Origin: an uncultured Chloroflexia bacterium
GTDB lineage: Bacteria; Chloroflexota; Anaerolineae; Caldilineales; Caldilineaceae
Direction: 5' to 3'
NCBI GenBank assembly: GCA_963715415.1
Contig: CAVQSG010000041.1
Location: 3,885-67,884 of the forward strand
DNA: 64,000 nucleotides
The position numbers and the translations under genes are program-made. Within the stretch, counting starts at the first letter, position 1. Every line of letters begins with the position of its first letter. Shown one piece after another: positions 54,225 to 64,000 of the stretch. Below the pieces are notes generated by a model. It was not told the origin of the DNA. It saw only the letters and a list, made by a program, of their open reading frames with translations, and did no database searches.

Positions 54225-54959
54225 ATGACAAGTGCAGTCATGGGGTATGCCGAGCCCCGGGAATCCGAACGACTCGCCGACATCGCGCGCAAGCTCGATG
54301 TTCTTAGTCAAAACGTGGCGGCGCTGGGCGAACAGGTGAATTTCCTGACTGAGCAAGCCTATGACGAGCGCAGACGACGGCGTGAGTGGGATGAGTTTCG
54401 AACGGACGTCACTCCGGTCGTCAACGACATGTATGCCTTGACAGTCGAGCAGTTGGAAGAGATACAGGCCTACGTCCAGTTGGAAGATGTGATGGCGCTG
54501 GTGAAGCGATTGGCACGCAACACCCGTACCTTCAACGGCATGCTGGACCAGGTCGAAAGTATGTACGATCTCTGGAAAGACGTTTCACCGTTGACGAAAG
54601 AAATGGTCGACGAAGCCGTTTTTCAGCTCAATGTCTTGGAACAGAAAGGCTATTTCGGCTTTGCCAGAGAGGGTGCCTACGTGGTCGATCAGATCGTCAC
54701 CTCTTTTGGTCAGGACGATGTACGCCAGCTCGGCGACAACGTGGTGACGATCCTCAATACCGTCAAGGCGTTGACCCAACCGCAAATGATGAGCCTGATC
54801 GACAACTTGACCCAGGGCTTCCAGGAAGTCGAAGAACACGCCGACGAACTGCCCACTTCTATGTTTGGCCTGCTGCGCGAGATGCGCGATCCCGAAGTTC
54901 GCCGGGGCCTGGCGATCACATTGGCCATGCTTAAGAAGGTATCGCATCAACACAGTTAA
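54225..54959 (+). CDS. DUF1641 domain protein
   Basis: The 244-aa helical protein lies directly downstream of the SQR-like gene, which is the usual DUF1641 context. The C-terminal region resembles the DUF1641 domain. Confidence 0.6.
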   Translation: MTSAVMGYAEPRESERLADIARKLDVLSQNVAALGEQVNFLTEQAYDERRRRREWDEFRTDVTPVVNDMYALTVEQLEEIQAYVQLEDVMALVKRLARNTRTFNGMLDQVESMYDLWKDVSPLTKEMVDEAVFQLNVLEQKGYFGFAREGAYVVDQIVTSFGQDDVRQLGDNVVTILNTVKALTQPQMMSLIDNLTQGFQEVEEHADELPTSMFGLLREMRDPEVRRGLAITLAMLKKVSHQHS

Positions 54960-55013
54960 CACGAACACCAACACCAACAGATCATTTTAAGTGTGAGAAA
55001 GGAACGACCAACC

Positions 55014-55325
55014 ATGACCGCTGTTGCAGATTTGACCGTCAAGTTCGATGCCGAAGGCTTCATGACTGATCCGACGGAATGGACGCCGGAGATCGCCGCC
55101 GTTTTGGCTCAGGAAGAGGGCATCGACGCTCTAACCGAAGAACACTGGACTGTGATCAACTTTGTGCGAGACGAATACGACAAGACCGGACAATCACCGA
55201 CACTACGCGCCATTAGCAAGCGATCCGGCGTTGGGACCAAGGAACTCTATGCGCTCTTCCCCAAAGGCCCGGCCAAGAAGGTGGCGCGAGTTGCCGGATT
55301 GGGCAAACCCAAGGGCTGCATCTAG
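55014..55325 (+). CDS. TusE/DsrC-family sulfur relay protein
   Basis: FDAEGFMTDPTEWTPEIA...WTVINFVRDEYDKTGQSPTLR...GKPKGCI has the conserved penultimate Cys. I chose the ATG at 55014 behind a GAAAGGAA SD. Confidence 0.8.
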   Translation: MTAVADLTVKFDAEGFMTDPTEWTPEIAAVLAQEEGIDALTEEHWTVINFVRDEYDKTGQSPTLRAISKRSGVGTKELYALFPKGPAKKVARVAGLGKPKGCI

Positions 55326-55529
55326 GTCCCATTGACATTTGGTCGTAAACGTCCCCGGCACACCAGTAGCACTTGGATTACCAGAGAGACGCCGGGTCCG
55401 TGCCGGGGACGTGCGACAGCCACCTCCTGAGTCGAGTCCGAAATGTCAACAAGACCTAGCGAATCCCGGCGGAGTTGGCAACTCGGATAAGATACCTGAA
55501 TAGCGACGAACGATAAACGGAGAATCGAA

Positions 55530-56000
55530 ATGAGCGAGGAACGAACACGCAAACTGGCGATCATCTGCTCCAAAGGTAGTCTGGACATGGCCTATCCCGG
55601 TCTTGTCCTGGCCAATGCCGGGCGCATGATGGGCATTGAGGTTGACCTCTTCTTCACCTTCTGGGGCATGGACATCATTAGCAAGAAGAAGGTCAAGAGC
55701 TTGAAGGTCGTGCCTGTGGGCAATCCGGCCATGCACATGCCGCAGATGATTGGCGGCTTCCCTGGGATGACCGACTTGGCCACGAACATGATGAAGAAGG
55801 AGATCGAGAAGCTGGACATGCCGCCGGTCGATGAATTCCTGGAGATGATTCATGACGCCGGCGCCGGCATCTACGCCTGTCGCATGGCCTCTGACATGAT
55901 GCATCTGGACGAAGACGACCTGATTGATGAGGTCGACGGCATCCTCGGCGCCATGGAGTTTCTGGAAATGGCCGAGGACGCACAGCTCCTTTTCATCTGA
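55530..56000 (+). CDS. DsrE/DsrF-like family protein
   Basis: KLAIICSKGSLDMAYPGLVLANA...FFTFWGMD...IYACRMASDMM is typical of the DsrE2-like family. Confidence 0.75.
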   Translation: MSEERTRKLAIICSKGSLDMAYPGLVLANAGRMMGIEVDLFFTFWGMDIISKKKVKSLKVVPVGNPAMHMPQMIGGFPGMTDLATNMMKKEIEKLDMPPVDEFLEMIHDAGAGIYACRMASDMMHLDEDDLIDEVDGILGAMEFLEMAEDAQLLFI

Positions 56001-56029
56001 GCCCGCACACCACTTCGTTTTACCGGCAG

Positions 56030-56082
56030 CCGGCACAAGACAACACGTGCTCGACAGGAGTGTCTTGTGCCGGTTTTCTGTT
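56030..56082 (+). terminator. Rho-independent terminator after the sulfur cluster (first of two)
   Basis: The stem CCGGCACAAGACA/TGTCTTGTGCCGG is followed by TTTTCTGTT. Confidence 0.65.
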
Positions 56083-56107
56083 GCCTGGTGTCAGAAAGAA
56101 GCAATCA

Positions 56108-56147
56108 CAGAGGAGCCACCCCGAAACCGGGGTGGCTCCTCTGTTTG
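56108..56147 (+). terminator. Second strong hairpin with a 16-bp stem
   Basis: CAGAGGAGCCACCCCG-aaac-CGGGGTGGCTCCTCTG is followed by TTTG. Confidence 0.5.
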
Positions 56148-56169
56148 TCGAGGCCGGGCCGATCGGCCG

Positions 56170-56256
56170 CGAGTGACGCCCGGCAGAAAACCTTGTGCAG
56201 TTCGTACCAGCAGTAGCATAGCTGGATTTCTGTCGTGATATTCACGCTGAAATGAA
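56170..56256 (-). repeat. Dispersed repeat family A, copy 3 (reverse orientation)
   Basis: The reverse complement reads TTCATTTCAGCGTGAATATCACGACAGAAATCCAGCTATGC...CAAGGTTTTCTGCCGGGCGTCACTCG, matching 466-552 and 12522-12612. Confidence 0.7.
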
Positions 56257-56303
56257 CGAGGAGCAATGTACCGGCGCCTGATGCTCCCGGTCGGAAGAAT
56301 CAA

Positions 56304-56675
56304 TTATCGGGAAAGCCTGGCCAGCGCGCTGCTGCGGTCGGGGCAGAACCGGATCTGGCGGCTGCGATTGCACTCGATGATGAAGGCTTGCAGGCTCTTG
56401 CTGTCGTATGTATCAAACTCACCGACGATCGCCAGCCTCATCCCGTAGATGCTGAACTTCTGGAGGATGTCGCCTGCCAGCCCCGTACGTAGATCGAAGA
56501 ATGCCGGCGTCAAGGAGCGTTCATAGACGATCATGCCGTCTGCACCCTGATCGTGGGCGTCGGCTAGTAGATCGAGTGCGTCGCCGGTGACGCGTATTGC
56601 GTCGTCATCCGTCTGCACTTCTGCGATCATCATATTGTTGTGGGAATTCAGCTGTACTGTCATCGGTTTCTCCAA
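56304..56675 (-). CDS. DUF4180 domain protein
   Basis: FFDLRTGLAGDILQKFSIYGMRLAIVGEFDTYDSKSLQAFIIECNRSRQIRF is the typical DUF4180 core. Confidence 0.75.
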   Translation of the reverse strand: MEKPMTVQLNSHNNMMIAEVQTDDDAIRVTGDALDLLADAHDQGADGMIVYERSLTPAFFDLRTGLAGDILQKFSIYGMRLAIVGEFDTYDSKSLQAFIIECNRSRQIRFCPDRSSALARLSR

Positions 56676-56970
56676 CCCATCAATTCTGTCGCCGGGTCAG
56701 CAGCTTTGTTCCGTATGCCGGTTGAGTCAGGCTTCCGTGGTGGCAATGTTCTGGGGCACGTATCAGTTGTGGCGGCCAGATAACCGGTATCGTGCTGTGC
56801 CATGGGATCCTAACCGGTGGGCTGATCGCGCAAATCGACGCTCCAGCGCATATGGTGAACTAGGAAGCTAATTGCCATTGCAGGCGTGCATCATTCTATC
56901 ATGGGCGGTGCTGAAGAGCGTTTACCCTAACGAAGCGGTCAATAGCAATCACCGGCGATAGACATCAAGA

Positions 56971-59964
56971 TCACGGTGTGTTCACCGTCGTGCTGCTGAT
57001 TTCGACACTGCTCGTGATAGCTGTACTGGCGGTGACTACGTCACTCTCGTCGATCGCACCGTCGTTTTCGGGGTCGACGGGAGGTGGAGGCGCTGAGACA
57101 CCGGGCTGGCTGGTTGGTTCATCCGGTGCGGTCGTCGGCGTTTCGGTAGGGCCGGCCGTTGGCACCGGCGTCCAAGTTGCGGTTGGCGGTGCGATTGTGT
57201 CGATCGGCACTGGTGTAGCAGAGGCCGCCGGCGGCACAATGGTCGGAACCGGTGTGCTGGTGGGTAGGGGCGTCCACGTGGGCGTAGGCGGGATCGGTGT
57301 TGCCGTGGGCACATGTTCCACGAAGAGACGAATGCGCGCCTCGAACTGCGAGCCGGCCCGATCGCGCACCAGCAAGCGCAGCGTATGGGGGCCATTTGAA
57401 AGCCTACGGGTGTCAAACTGGCCCAACAGGTCGTTGTCCACCGGCGCGCTGCCTTGCGCGATCGGCAAACTGAACGCACCCGGATTGTGGCTGACACCAT
57501 ACGTCAACTCATAGCTGGTGAAGTCCGGAACAAACGCGCTGCCGATCACGGAGACGGCGCCGTCCACCACCTGTCCCTCAAATGGTTCACGTATGGTAAC
57601 TCGGGGTGAAAACTGAGGTGCCGGATCGGTACGACCGGCGTTCTCCGCCGTTGGTGATGCCACAACGGTGTCACCGGCATTGCTCTCCGGCTCGGCGCCG
57701 TTGGCGATGATTAGATTGTGGCCCGGATGAACGTACTCCGGCGGCGGCTGGGGGATGCCGTACTCTTCCGCCCATTGCCGGTACTGGGCCGGATACACCT
57801 TGTAATCCCGCTCTTCGACTGCATCACCGGGCGTTAGGTCGCTCGCCAGTTGGCCGCTATTCCGGTCGATCCGAATCCGTTGCCAAAGGTCGAACGTAGG
57901 TGGCAACGGCGGTCGATCTTCGGCAAAGATTCGCTGCTGTCTGGCAGGACAGGCGACATTCGGTGACGTACCTGTATCGGTGCAGACGTCGTAGAGACGA
58001 ACACCTGGCGGTGGTGCAAATGCCAGCGGCAATTCTTCAGCCAGTGCGAAGGTCATGAATTGATGCCAGATCGGTCCCGCGCCCGTGACGCCGGAGATGT
58101 CGCGCATGGGTGAGTTGTCGGCATTGCCAACCCAGACACCTGTCACCAGTTGCGGTGTGTAGCCTATCGTCAGATTGTCGCGGAAGTCGTTGGTCGTTCC
58201 GGTCTTGACGGCCGCCGGGCGGTCCAGATTGAGCAGCGAGTTGGGACCAAATGCAGGTGTGCGGGCATCGTTGTCGCTCAGGACATCGGTGATCAGATAG
58301 GCGTCAATGGGGTTGACGGCTTCAATCGCCACGTCGGGCATGCATGGACGATCGCTGCCGAGTTGACAAAGCGTATTGCCTGCACTGTCACGAATCTCTA
58401 AAATGCCGGTCGGCGGCACGCGGAGGCCGGCATTGGCCAATATCCCGTACGCACCGGTCAGTTCCAGGAGCGGAATTTCACCGCCGCCCAAGGCCAGGCT
58501 CAAACCATAGTCAGGGCGGGTCAGGGTCGAGACGCCCAATCGCTGCATCAACTCAAGTAAGGCCGGCAACCCTGCCTCCTGTAGGGCGCGGACGGCAGGG
58601 ATATTGTAGCTGCTTCCCAGCGCCGTTCTGGCCGTGACCATGCCGTGTTCACGGTCGTCGTAGTTGGTCGGTATGTAGGGCGGATTGGCGCCGTCGGGGA
58701 AGGCAGTCTTGATGTCGGCGATGAGGGTGCCCGGCGTCCACCGTTGGCTGATGGGCCTGTCCGGCATTTCAAATGCCGACAGATAGACAAACGGCTTGAT
58801 GGAACTGCCCGGCTGGCGTGGGGCCAAGGCCATGTTGACTTGACCGTCGATCTCGACGTTTTCGAAGTCCGCGCTACCGACCAGGGCCAGAATTTCGCCG
58901 GATTGCGGGCGCAACGCGACCAATGCACCATTGGACGCATTGTGCTCTGCGATCGCCGCAACTTGCTCGCTGACAATTTGCTCGGCCGCGTTCTGCAACG
59001 TCGGGTCGAGAGTGGTGTAGACTTCTAAACCGGTCCGATAAATATCATCGGGATTCTCGAAGATCGACTCAAGCTGTTGGCGTACGTAGAGCGTGAAGTG
59101 AGGTGCTTCCAAACTGAATTCCGGCGGCTGATAGGATAGCGGTTCCAGCCACGCTGCATCGGCCTCCGCAGCGGTGATCGCGTCCTGCTCCACCATGAGG
59201 CCCAAAACCACCTTTTGGCGCTCCTTGGCTCGGTCGGGATGGGTGTACGGGTCATAAAATGCGGGCAACTGCGGTAGTCCCGCCAATAGTGCAGCTTCAC
59301 CCAGAGTCAATGTACCCACATCTTTGCCGAAGTAGGTTTCGGCCGCAGCTTCCACGCCATAGGCCAGATTGCCGTAGTAGAGTTCGTTCAGATAGATCTC
59401 GAGGATCTCCTGCTTTGAGTAACGACGACTGATCTCCGACGATAGAATCGCCTCGTTGATCTTGCGCCGGATGGATCGTTCGGGCGAGAGAAAGACCATC
59501 TTGACCAACTGCTGCGGGATTGTCGAACCACCGGAAACGACATCCCCTTCCTGAACTGCATAGTAGAGTGCGCGGACCAGCGCCACCGGATCCACGCCTG
59601 CGTGGGCGTAGAAATTGGCGTCTTCAGTGGCGATGGTTGCCTGAATGAGCGCCGGAGCCATCCGCTCCAGCGGCGCAACCGTTCGGCGACCGGCATTGGG
59701 ATCAAACGTTTCGTTGAGCAGGTTGCCGGCGCGGTCATAGATCCGCGTCGTTTGAAAATCGCTGGCACGGTCGGCCAGATCGGACGGCGCCGGCAACCCG
59801 CCGGCGATCACCGCATAGCCGATGATGAGTACCCCCAACACAAAGACGCCGAGCACCAAAAAGAGCAGGGCTCCACTCAGAAACCCGCGGCTGAAGTTGG
59901 GTTGCCTAGGTGGGACCTTACGCTGTTGCGGCTCACGCGGTACGAGATCGTAACGATGAGTCAT
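56971..59964 (-). CDS. Class A penicillin-binding protein (PBP1A family transglycosylase/transpeptidase) with a Thr/Pro-rich C-terminal extension
   Basis: GT51 motifs ([24 protein letters not shown]) and transpeptidase motifs SSIKPF (SxxK), SYN (SxN) and KTGTTND are present. Confidence 0.9.
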   Translation of the reverse strand: MTHRYDLVPREPQQRKVPPRQPNFSRGFLSGALLFLVLGVFVLGVLIIGYAVIAGGLPAPSDLADRASDFQTTRIYDRAGNLLNETFDPNAGRRTVAPLERMAPALIQATIATEDANFYAHAGVDPVALVRALYYAVQEGDVVSGGSTIPQQLVKMVFLSPERSIRRKINEAILSSEISRRYSKQEILEIYLNELYYGNLAYGVEAAAETYFGKDVGTLTLGEAALLAGLPQLPAFYDPYTHPDRAKERQKVVLGLMVEQDAITAAEADAAWLEPLSYQPPEFSLEAPHFTLYVRQQLESIFENPDDIYRTGLEVYTTLDPTLQNAAEQIVSEQVAAIAEHNASNGALVALRPQSGEILALVGSADFENVEIDGQVNMALAPRQPGSSIKPFVYLSAFEMPDRPISQRWTPGTLIADIKTAFPDGANPPYIPTNYDDREHGMVTARTALGSSYNIPAVRALQEAGLPALLELMQRLGVSTLTRPDYGLSLALGGGEIPLLELTGAYGILANAGLRVPPTGILEIRDSAGNTLCQLGSDRPCMPDVAIEAVNPIDAYLITDVLSDNDARTPAFGPNSLLNLDRPAAVKTGTTNDFRDNLTIGYTPQLVTGVWVGNADNSPMRDISGVTGAGPIWHQFMTFALAEELPLAFAPPPGVRLYDVCTDTGTSPNVACPARQQRIFAEDRPPLPPTFDLWQRIRIDRNSGQLASDLTPGDAVEERDYKVYPAQYRQWAEEYGIPQPPPEYVHPGHNLIIANGAEPESNAGDTVVASPTAENAGRTDPAPQFSPRVTIREPFEGQVVDGAVSVIGSAFVPDFTSYELTYGVSHNPGAFSLPIAQGSAPVDNDLLGQFDTRRLSNGPHTLRLLVRDRAGSQFEARIRLFVEHVPTATPIPPTPTWTPLPTSTPVPTIVPPAASATPVPIDTIAPPTATWTPVPTAGPTETPTTAPDEPTSQPGVSAPPPPVDPENDGAIDESDVVTASTAITSSVEISSTTVNTP

Positions 59965-60027
59965 CGGCGGCCGTTACTTGTATGGATAGAGGTTGGTTGA
60001 ATGCACTTTGCCGGTAGCTGCACCATA

Positions 60028-61680
60028 TCAAGGCCATTCCCATGGTCGAGTGTTTTGGAAGATCCAGGCCGAAGTATGGAGTGCCTGGACAAGAATCAAC
60101 GGGATCATGCCCATGCGCACAAAGCGGCGCCGTAGCGTCAAGGATGTTTTCGCGATCAACAGCAGCGTCAGCGGAATAGCGGCCAGGCTAAACAGATCCC
60201 AGTCACGCTGGCCGCCGTAGTCGGGATTCCACACCCAAGTGAACAACAGATAGAACGCCCCAGCGACGGCAAGAAAGGTGAGCGCAGAGACTGGCAAGTG
60301 CACTGCTGTGGATTGGTTCTGAGCAATACCGGCAGCGCCACTACCCAATCTGCGGTTCTTCGCACCGTGCCGGTTTGCGGGTCTTTGGATGGCTCCGAAT
60401 ATTGCGAACACAGCAAGACTTGGCAACACAACCGGCGCCACGAGCATTTGCTGGTTGAGCCAGTCGCGCAGATGGGGCCAGCTGAACATGGTGTAGTGTT
60501 CCCAGCGGGTCGTGGTGTCGAACAGCGGTACAAGCCAGCGCCCGTCGCCGCCTCCTGGGCGATCCCCGGTGAGCAAGGCATCAATTCCGTGGCCACCTGC
60601 CTCCATCAATACGATAACGCCGCCGGCCACGAGAAGCATGGGCGTGCCAATCTGCAAGACGACGGCAACCCATGATAGGTTTCGTCTTTGACGGCATATC
60701 CACCCAAGATAGAGCAAACTGGGCGCGAGCACAATTGTGCTGGGATGTGTTGCGTGGGAGAGAGCCAGAATGGTGGCGACAATCCAGAGTGGACCGACGC
60801 CGGCAACAAGCCGTATGCCCAGCCAAAGATAGGCGAGGATACCGACCGCAGCAAAACTGTAATTTTCCACGTAGCCAAAGAAGAGTTGCATTACTCCGAC
60901 GGTTGTCAGAAGACCAACGGTGAGCCAAGCCGGTGCCAACGCACGCATACGTGACAGAAGCAAGACAACCCCCAGGTAAAGTGCGCCGGCCAGCGGACTC
61001 AACAGCCTGTACACGCCGCTGGCATCGTCCGTCCATCCGCGGGGTTCTCCAAAGGTAAGCCATACCCGGCTATGCAGAAACACGTCCAACGGCGCCTGCC
61101 ACGAGTGTGTCAGACGTTGCGCCGGATTCGGCCACGCGATGGCGCGTGCCAGCATGTAGGCGTCGCCCCAGCGTGTATGTACGATGGGGAAAGAGAAGAA
61201 AGCGACGACGAGCAAAAAGGAGACGACGATCAGTGCATAAAATTGACGTTGGCTGTTCGAGACTTGGTTAGTGTACTGGTCGAGTTCGGCACTGTGGGCG
61301 TCTGCTGCCTGCCTCTGCAATCGGATCTCACCGATCCAATAGCCGGCGATAAGTCCGGCCACGGTCATTCCCGCGAGCCAGACGATCCAATCCGGCACGT
61401 AGGTGACCGGCCAAAGACCCCACCAGGCGAACTCCGGATCGGTCGTTTGCGGAATCGGGCTCAGTGTGTGGGGCAACCTATAGACATATAGATGCAGACC
61501 GACCAGCGCCAGCGCGATGACATGCAGAGCGGCAACCAGTTTCAACTGACGGCGCAATTCAATTCGAGCGCCGAAAAAGGTGCCTGAATCCATGGTCTTC
61601 ATATCCGCGACCCGCTCGCCATGTCCATCGGCGGCATCATGTTTATCCGTGGTTTTACTTGTCCGGCAGGTTCTACGCAC
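60028..61680 (-). CDS. Polytopic hypothetical membrane protein (more than 10 TM segments), possibly GT-C-like
   Basis: The 550-aa ORF has many hydrophobic segments. No family was recognised with certainty. The start may be the internal MKTMDSG near 61602. Confidence 0.5.
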   Translation of the reverse strand: MRRTCRTSKTTDKHDAADGHGERVADMKTMDSGTFFGARIELRRQLKLVAALHVIALALVGLHLYVYRLPHTLSPIPQTTDPEFAWWGLWPVTYVPDWIVWLAGMTVAGLIAGYWIGEIRLQRQAADAHSAELDQYTNQVSNSQRQFYALIVVSFLLVVAFFSFPIVHTRWGDAYMLARAIAWPNPAQRLTHSWQAPLDVFLHSRVWLTFGEPRGWTDDASGVYRLLSPLAGALYLGVVLLLSRMRALAPAWLTVGLLTTVGVMQLFFGYVENYSFAAVGILAYLWLGIRLVAGVGPLWIVATILALSHATHPSTIVLAPSLLYLGWICRQRRNLSWVAVVLQIGTPMLLVAGGVIVLMEAGGHGIDALLTGDRPGGGDGRWLVPLFDTTTRWEHYTMFSWPHLRDWLNQQMLVAPVVLPSLAVFAIFGAIQRPANRHGAKNRRLGSGAAGIAQNQSTAVHLPVSALTFLAVAGAFYLLFTWVWNPDYGGQRDWDLFSLAAIPLTLLLIAKTSLTLRRRFVRMGMIPLILVQALHTSAWIFQNTRPWEWP

Positions 61681-62008
61681 AGACGAAACGGCCTTTCGAG
61701 CGCTCTGTAAAAACCCTTCAAAAAAGGCCGGCCATCCTTGCGGACAGCCGACCTATCATTCCTTGCTAAACTCACAGCATTACGAGATCGATGGTTTAGT
61801 TGGTCACGCTATTTGGTGACGTCTCTGGTATTCCGGATTGTTCGGCTGGTAGCCGGACCTGCCAAAAGCATGATCTCGTACGAACTTCAGTTTACTACAC
61901 TGCAGCGTAGATACCGTGGCGGATTTGCTCGATTGGCCCGACTGGAAACAGCAGAAGAACTGTGGCCCGATTTGCTCCTGGTTCTATCGATCGACTCAAC
62001 GGTGCTCT

Positions 62009-62716
62009 CTACTCACCGACCAGCATGAATTCCGCCGCCACCCAACCACCATTCGGGTTGTCGCCGGCACCCTCTGACGAACCGGCGATCTGGAGCCAAA
62101 GACCGTCGTCAGTGCGACCGAGAACCTCATACGTTTCACCGGCGTAGACATAGCCAACAATTTCAGAGTCCGCATCGGCTTCGGCGCGTACCCGCAGGCG
62201 AGTACCGTCCGTTGCCACCATGGCGAAGCCCGGTTCCGGTGCAGGCAACGGCGTCGGCTCGATCTCGGCCTCACCATCGCCTGTCATGACCTCTTCAGCG
62301 GCCGGCGCGGTGGGAACAAGAACAAGACCCTCCGCGTCACCGCTCACTGCGCCGTTGACGCTCACGAAGTTCGCAGCCACCCAACCCGATCCTTCCGGCG
62401 CGCGGTCAACAGCAATCTGTACCCACTGGCCGTCACTGCTCAAGCTGAGCACTTTGAATGTCTCACCTTCACGGACACCGGCCACAACTTCGGCGTCGGC
62501 CTCAGGTGCTTCGCGCACCCGCAGAGATCGGGTGATGACCGTCGCTATGGCACTGCCGTCATCTTCCATTACGCCGGAATCCATGCCGTCGCCGGCTGCT
62601 GGCATCTCCATGGCCGTACCGTCCGCCATGGTCGTATTGGGATTCAGCGGCACACAGGCGCCAAGAAGCAAGGCAGCCAATCCGACAAGTGTAACTAGAA
62701 TTGTGTTCTTCGTCAT
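62009..62716 (-). CDS. Lipoprotein with two bacterial SH3 domains
   Basis: A signal peptide with an LLGAC lipobox is present. There are two SH3b-like units ([37 protein letters not shown] and [37 protein letters not shown]). Confidence 0.75.
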   Translation of the reverse strand: MTKNTILVTLVGLAALLLGACVPLNPNTTMADGTAMEMPAAGDGMDSGVMEDDGSAIATVITRSLRVREAPEADAEVVAGVREGETFKVLSLSSDGQWVQIAVDRAPEGSGWVAANFVSVNGAVSGDAEGLVLVPTAPAAEEVMTGDGEAEIEPTPLPAPEPGFAMVATDGTRLRVRAEADADSEIVGYVYAGETYEVLGRTDDGLWLQIAGSSEGAGDNPNGGWVAAEFMLVGE

Positions 62717-62900
62717 TTAATGATCCTCTCCAATAGCAGGCAGAATATTTTCACGCCGGTTCACCTGGTCACCGACACAGATTCCTGATAATAAATCGGC
62801 TAGAACCGAAACGACTTCTGTCCTGAAAATCAAGCCCATATTATGGCATGCGTCGCCGCGGTTGACAAAATTAGCGGCGCAATTGAGCCGTCAACTTCGG

Positions 62901-64000
62901 CTACTTTGCCGCATCGGCGGCGGCAATGAACGGCTCGAGATCGACTGTGACTCGACCCAATTCTGCCACTGTGTCGGCGTCATAGACTATGATATCCAAC
63001 CTCTTTGCCTGTGTGAGGGTTTGCGCTGGCGCAGGCAGGGTGTAAACATCTGCGATGCGTTCATTCGGGTACCAATCTGTCGATAGGCTAACCTGCCGCA
63101 GAGGAAACGCATCGACGATCAGCGGTGTTCCCGCAGCCGAAATCACGTCACCCTTGTCATCGAGGAGCCGCAGGGAGACCTTGATCGTCTCGTTCAGCGG
63201 CGTCCGCACGCGCCAAAAAAGTGTCAGTCGCAGCGCCGGCTCACCTGCCTCCTGAGCAAGGAGGAGATCGTAACCTTCGAGCAGCAAATCGCCATCACCG
63301 ATTGCAGCTTCGACAATGGTTTGCGGCGATTCCGTGCGCGCACGGCCGCGCGGCCAAACCCGGACCAACGGACCCACGCCGGTAAAACTGTACTCGCTCG
63401 CAATGCCTTCAACTTCCCTGGTCAGAAAGACAGGCCGACCCGCAGACATCAACGCGCGAATGGTCGATGCACGCTGACTGGGGTCGTCAGCTGCAATCGG
63501 TTGGGCGTTAAGTCCCAAGCCTTCAGCAGCCTGCATATATAAGAGCGCAGTCGTTTCGCCTTCCAGTCCGACAACGGCACTGTCCTGCGGGAAGTCGATC
63601 TTGGCCATGGCGACAGCATAGTTGTGCACTTTCCAATCGTTGCTGCGGTTGACGACCGCGCCGCGACCCCATACACCAAGCGCGACAACCACCACCAGTA
63701 GACCTTCAACGACACGAACCACAGTTTTGTTGGAAATAAAGAAGTCCGGCAGACTGAGTCCGGCTCCGACCAAGAGGGCAACACAAAAGAAGACCGGCAG
63801 AAGGAATACCTCGACATCGCCAACATGGTAGGTCAATGCGAAGAGGCCGTTCGTCAACAGGACGACGAGCACAAAGATCCATGCCTTGACGGGCCTGTGT
63901 TCACGGTCGGCCACGCGCGCCAGTCCGGCTGTCGCAATTCCCAGCGGGAGGACACCGAACTGACCGACAAAGACCATGGCCCAATCTTGTGCGGTTCGTT
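62901..64000 (-). CDS. Membrane protein, C-terminal part (DUF2723 / GT-C glycosyltransferase-like); the gene continues beyond the window end
   Basis: The frame stays open from 63977 to the window edge. TM segments are followed by a ~250-aa soluble C-terminal domain. Confidence 0.5.
   Translation of the reverse strand, partial: RTAQDWAMVFVGQFGVLPLGIATAGLARVADREHRPVKAWIFVLVVLLTNGLFALTYHVGDVEVFLLPVFFCVALLVGAGLSLPDFFISNKTVVRVVEGLLVVVVALGVWGRGAVVNRSNDWKVHNYAVAMAKIDFPQDSAVVGLEGETTALLYMQAAEGLGLNAQPIAADDPSQRASTIRALMSAGRPVFLTREVEGIASEYSFTGVGPLVRVWPRGRARTESPQTIVEAAIGDGDLLLEGYDLLLAQEAGEPALRLTLFWRVRTPLNETIKVSLRLLDDKGDVISAAGTPLIVDAFPLRQVSLSTDWYPNERIADVYTLPAPAQTLTQAKRLDIIVYDADTVAELGRVTVDLEPFIAAADAAK

Overview
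This is a GC-rich bacterial chromosomal segment. The gene content (F420 biosynthesis genes, DUF11/Kelch surface proteins with Thr/Pro linkers, NLR-like STAND proteins) suggests a filamentous Chloroflexota-type organism, but this is a low-confidence inference. Most of the window is housekeeping or accessory metabolism: a GH13 phosphorylase, PhyH dioxygenase, fatty-acid desaturase, MsbA-like ABC exporter, LysM/YkuD transpeptidase, PlsC-like acyltransferase, fused CoxM-CoxS, cofC/cofD/cofE plus a nitroreductase-like F420 gene, acs, aceB, rsfS, an SQR/DUF1641/DsrC/DsrE sulfur cluster and PBP1A. Two loci stand out. (1) At 1355-8259 (minus strand) a translationally coupled pair encodes a P-loop STAND NTPase with a hydrophobic helix and 22 near-identical WD40 repeats, followed by a CHAT protease fused to a SIR2-like domain. 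This is an NLR-like sensor/effector module. (2) At 46044-50806 (minus strand) a full-length RelA/SpoT-homologue scaffold (HD, synthetase, TGS, Cys-rich ZFD, ACT) has both catalytic centres apparently degenerate and is fused to a P-loop ATPase. It is coupled by an ATGA overlap to a paralogous ATPase carrying an OmpR-type winged helix. I do not recognise this architecture as a described system. Other non-coding or mobile structure includes a 5.1-copy tandem array of a ~107-bp hairpin-rich unit, two MITE-like families with 8-bp target-site duplications, a third dispersed repeat family, and a cassette of three SD-led small ORFs bounded by a promoter and a terminator. Major caveat: more than 20 genes or gene segments have interrupted reading frames, including aceB and rsfS. 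Much of this is probably assembly indel error, so merged gene coordinates are reconstructions made by eye. No rRNA, tRNA or CRISPR array was found.
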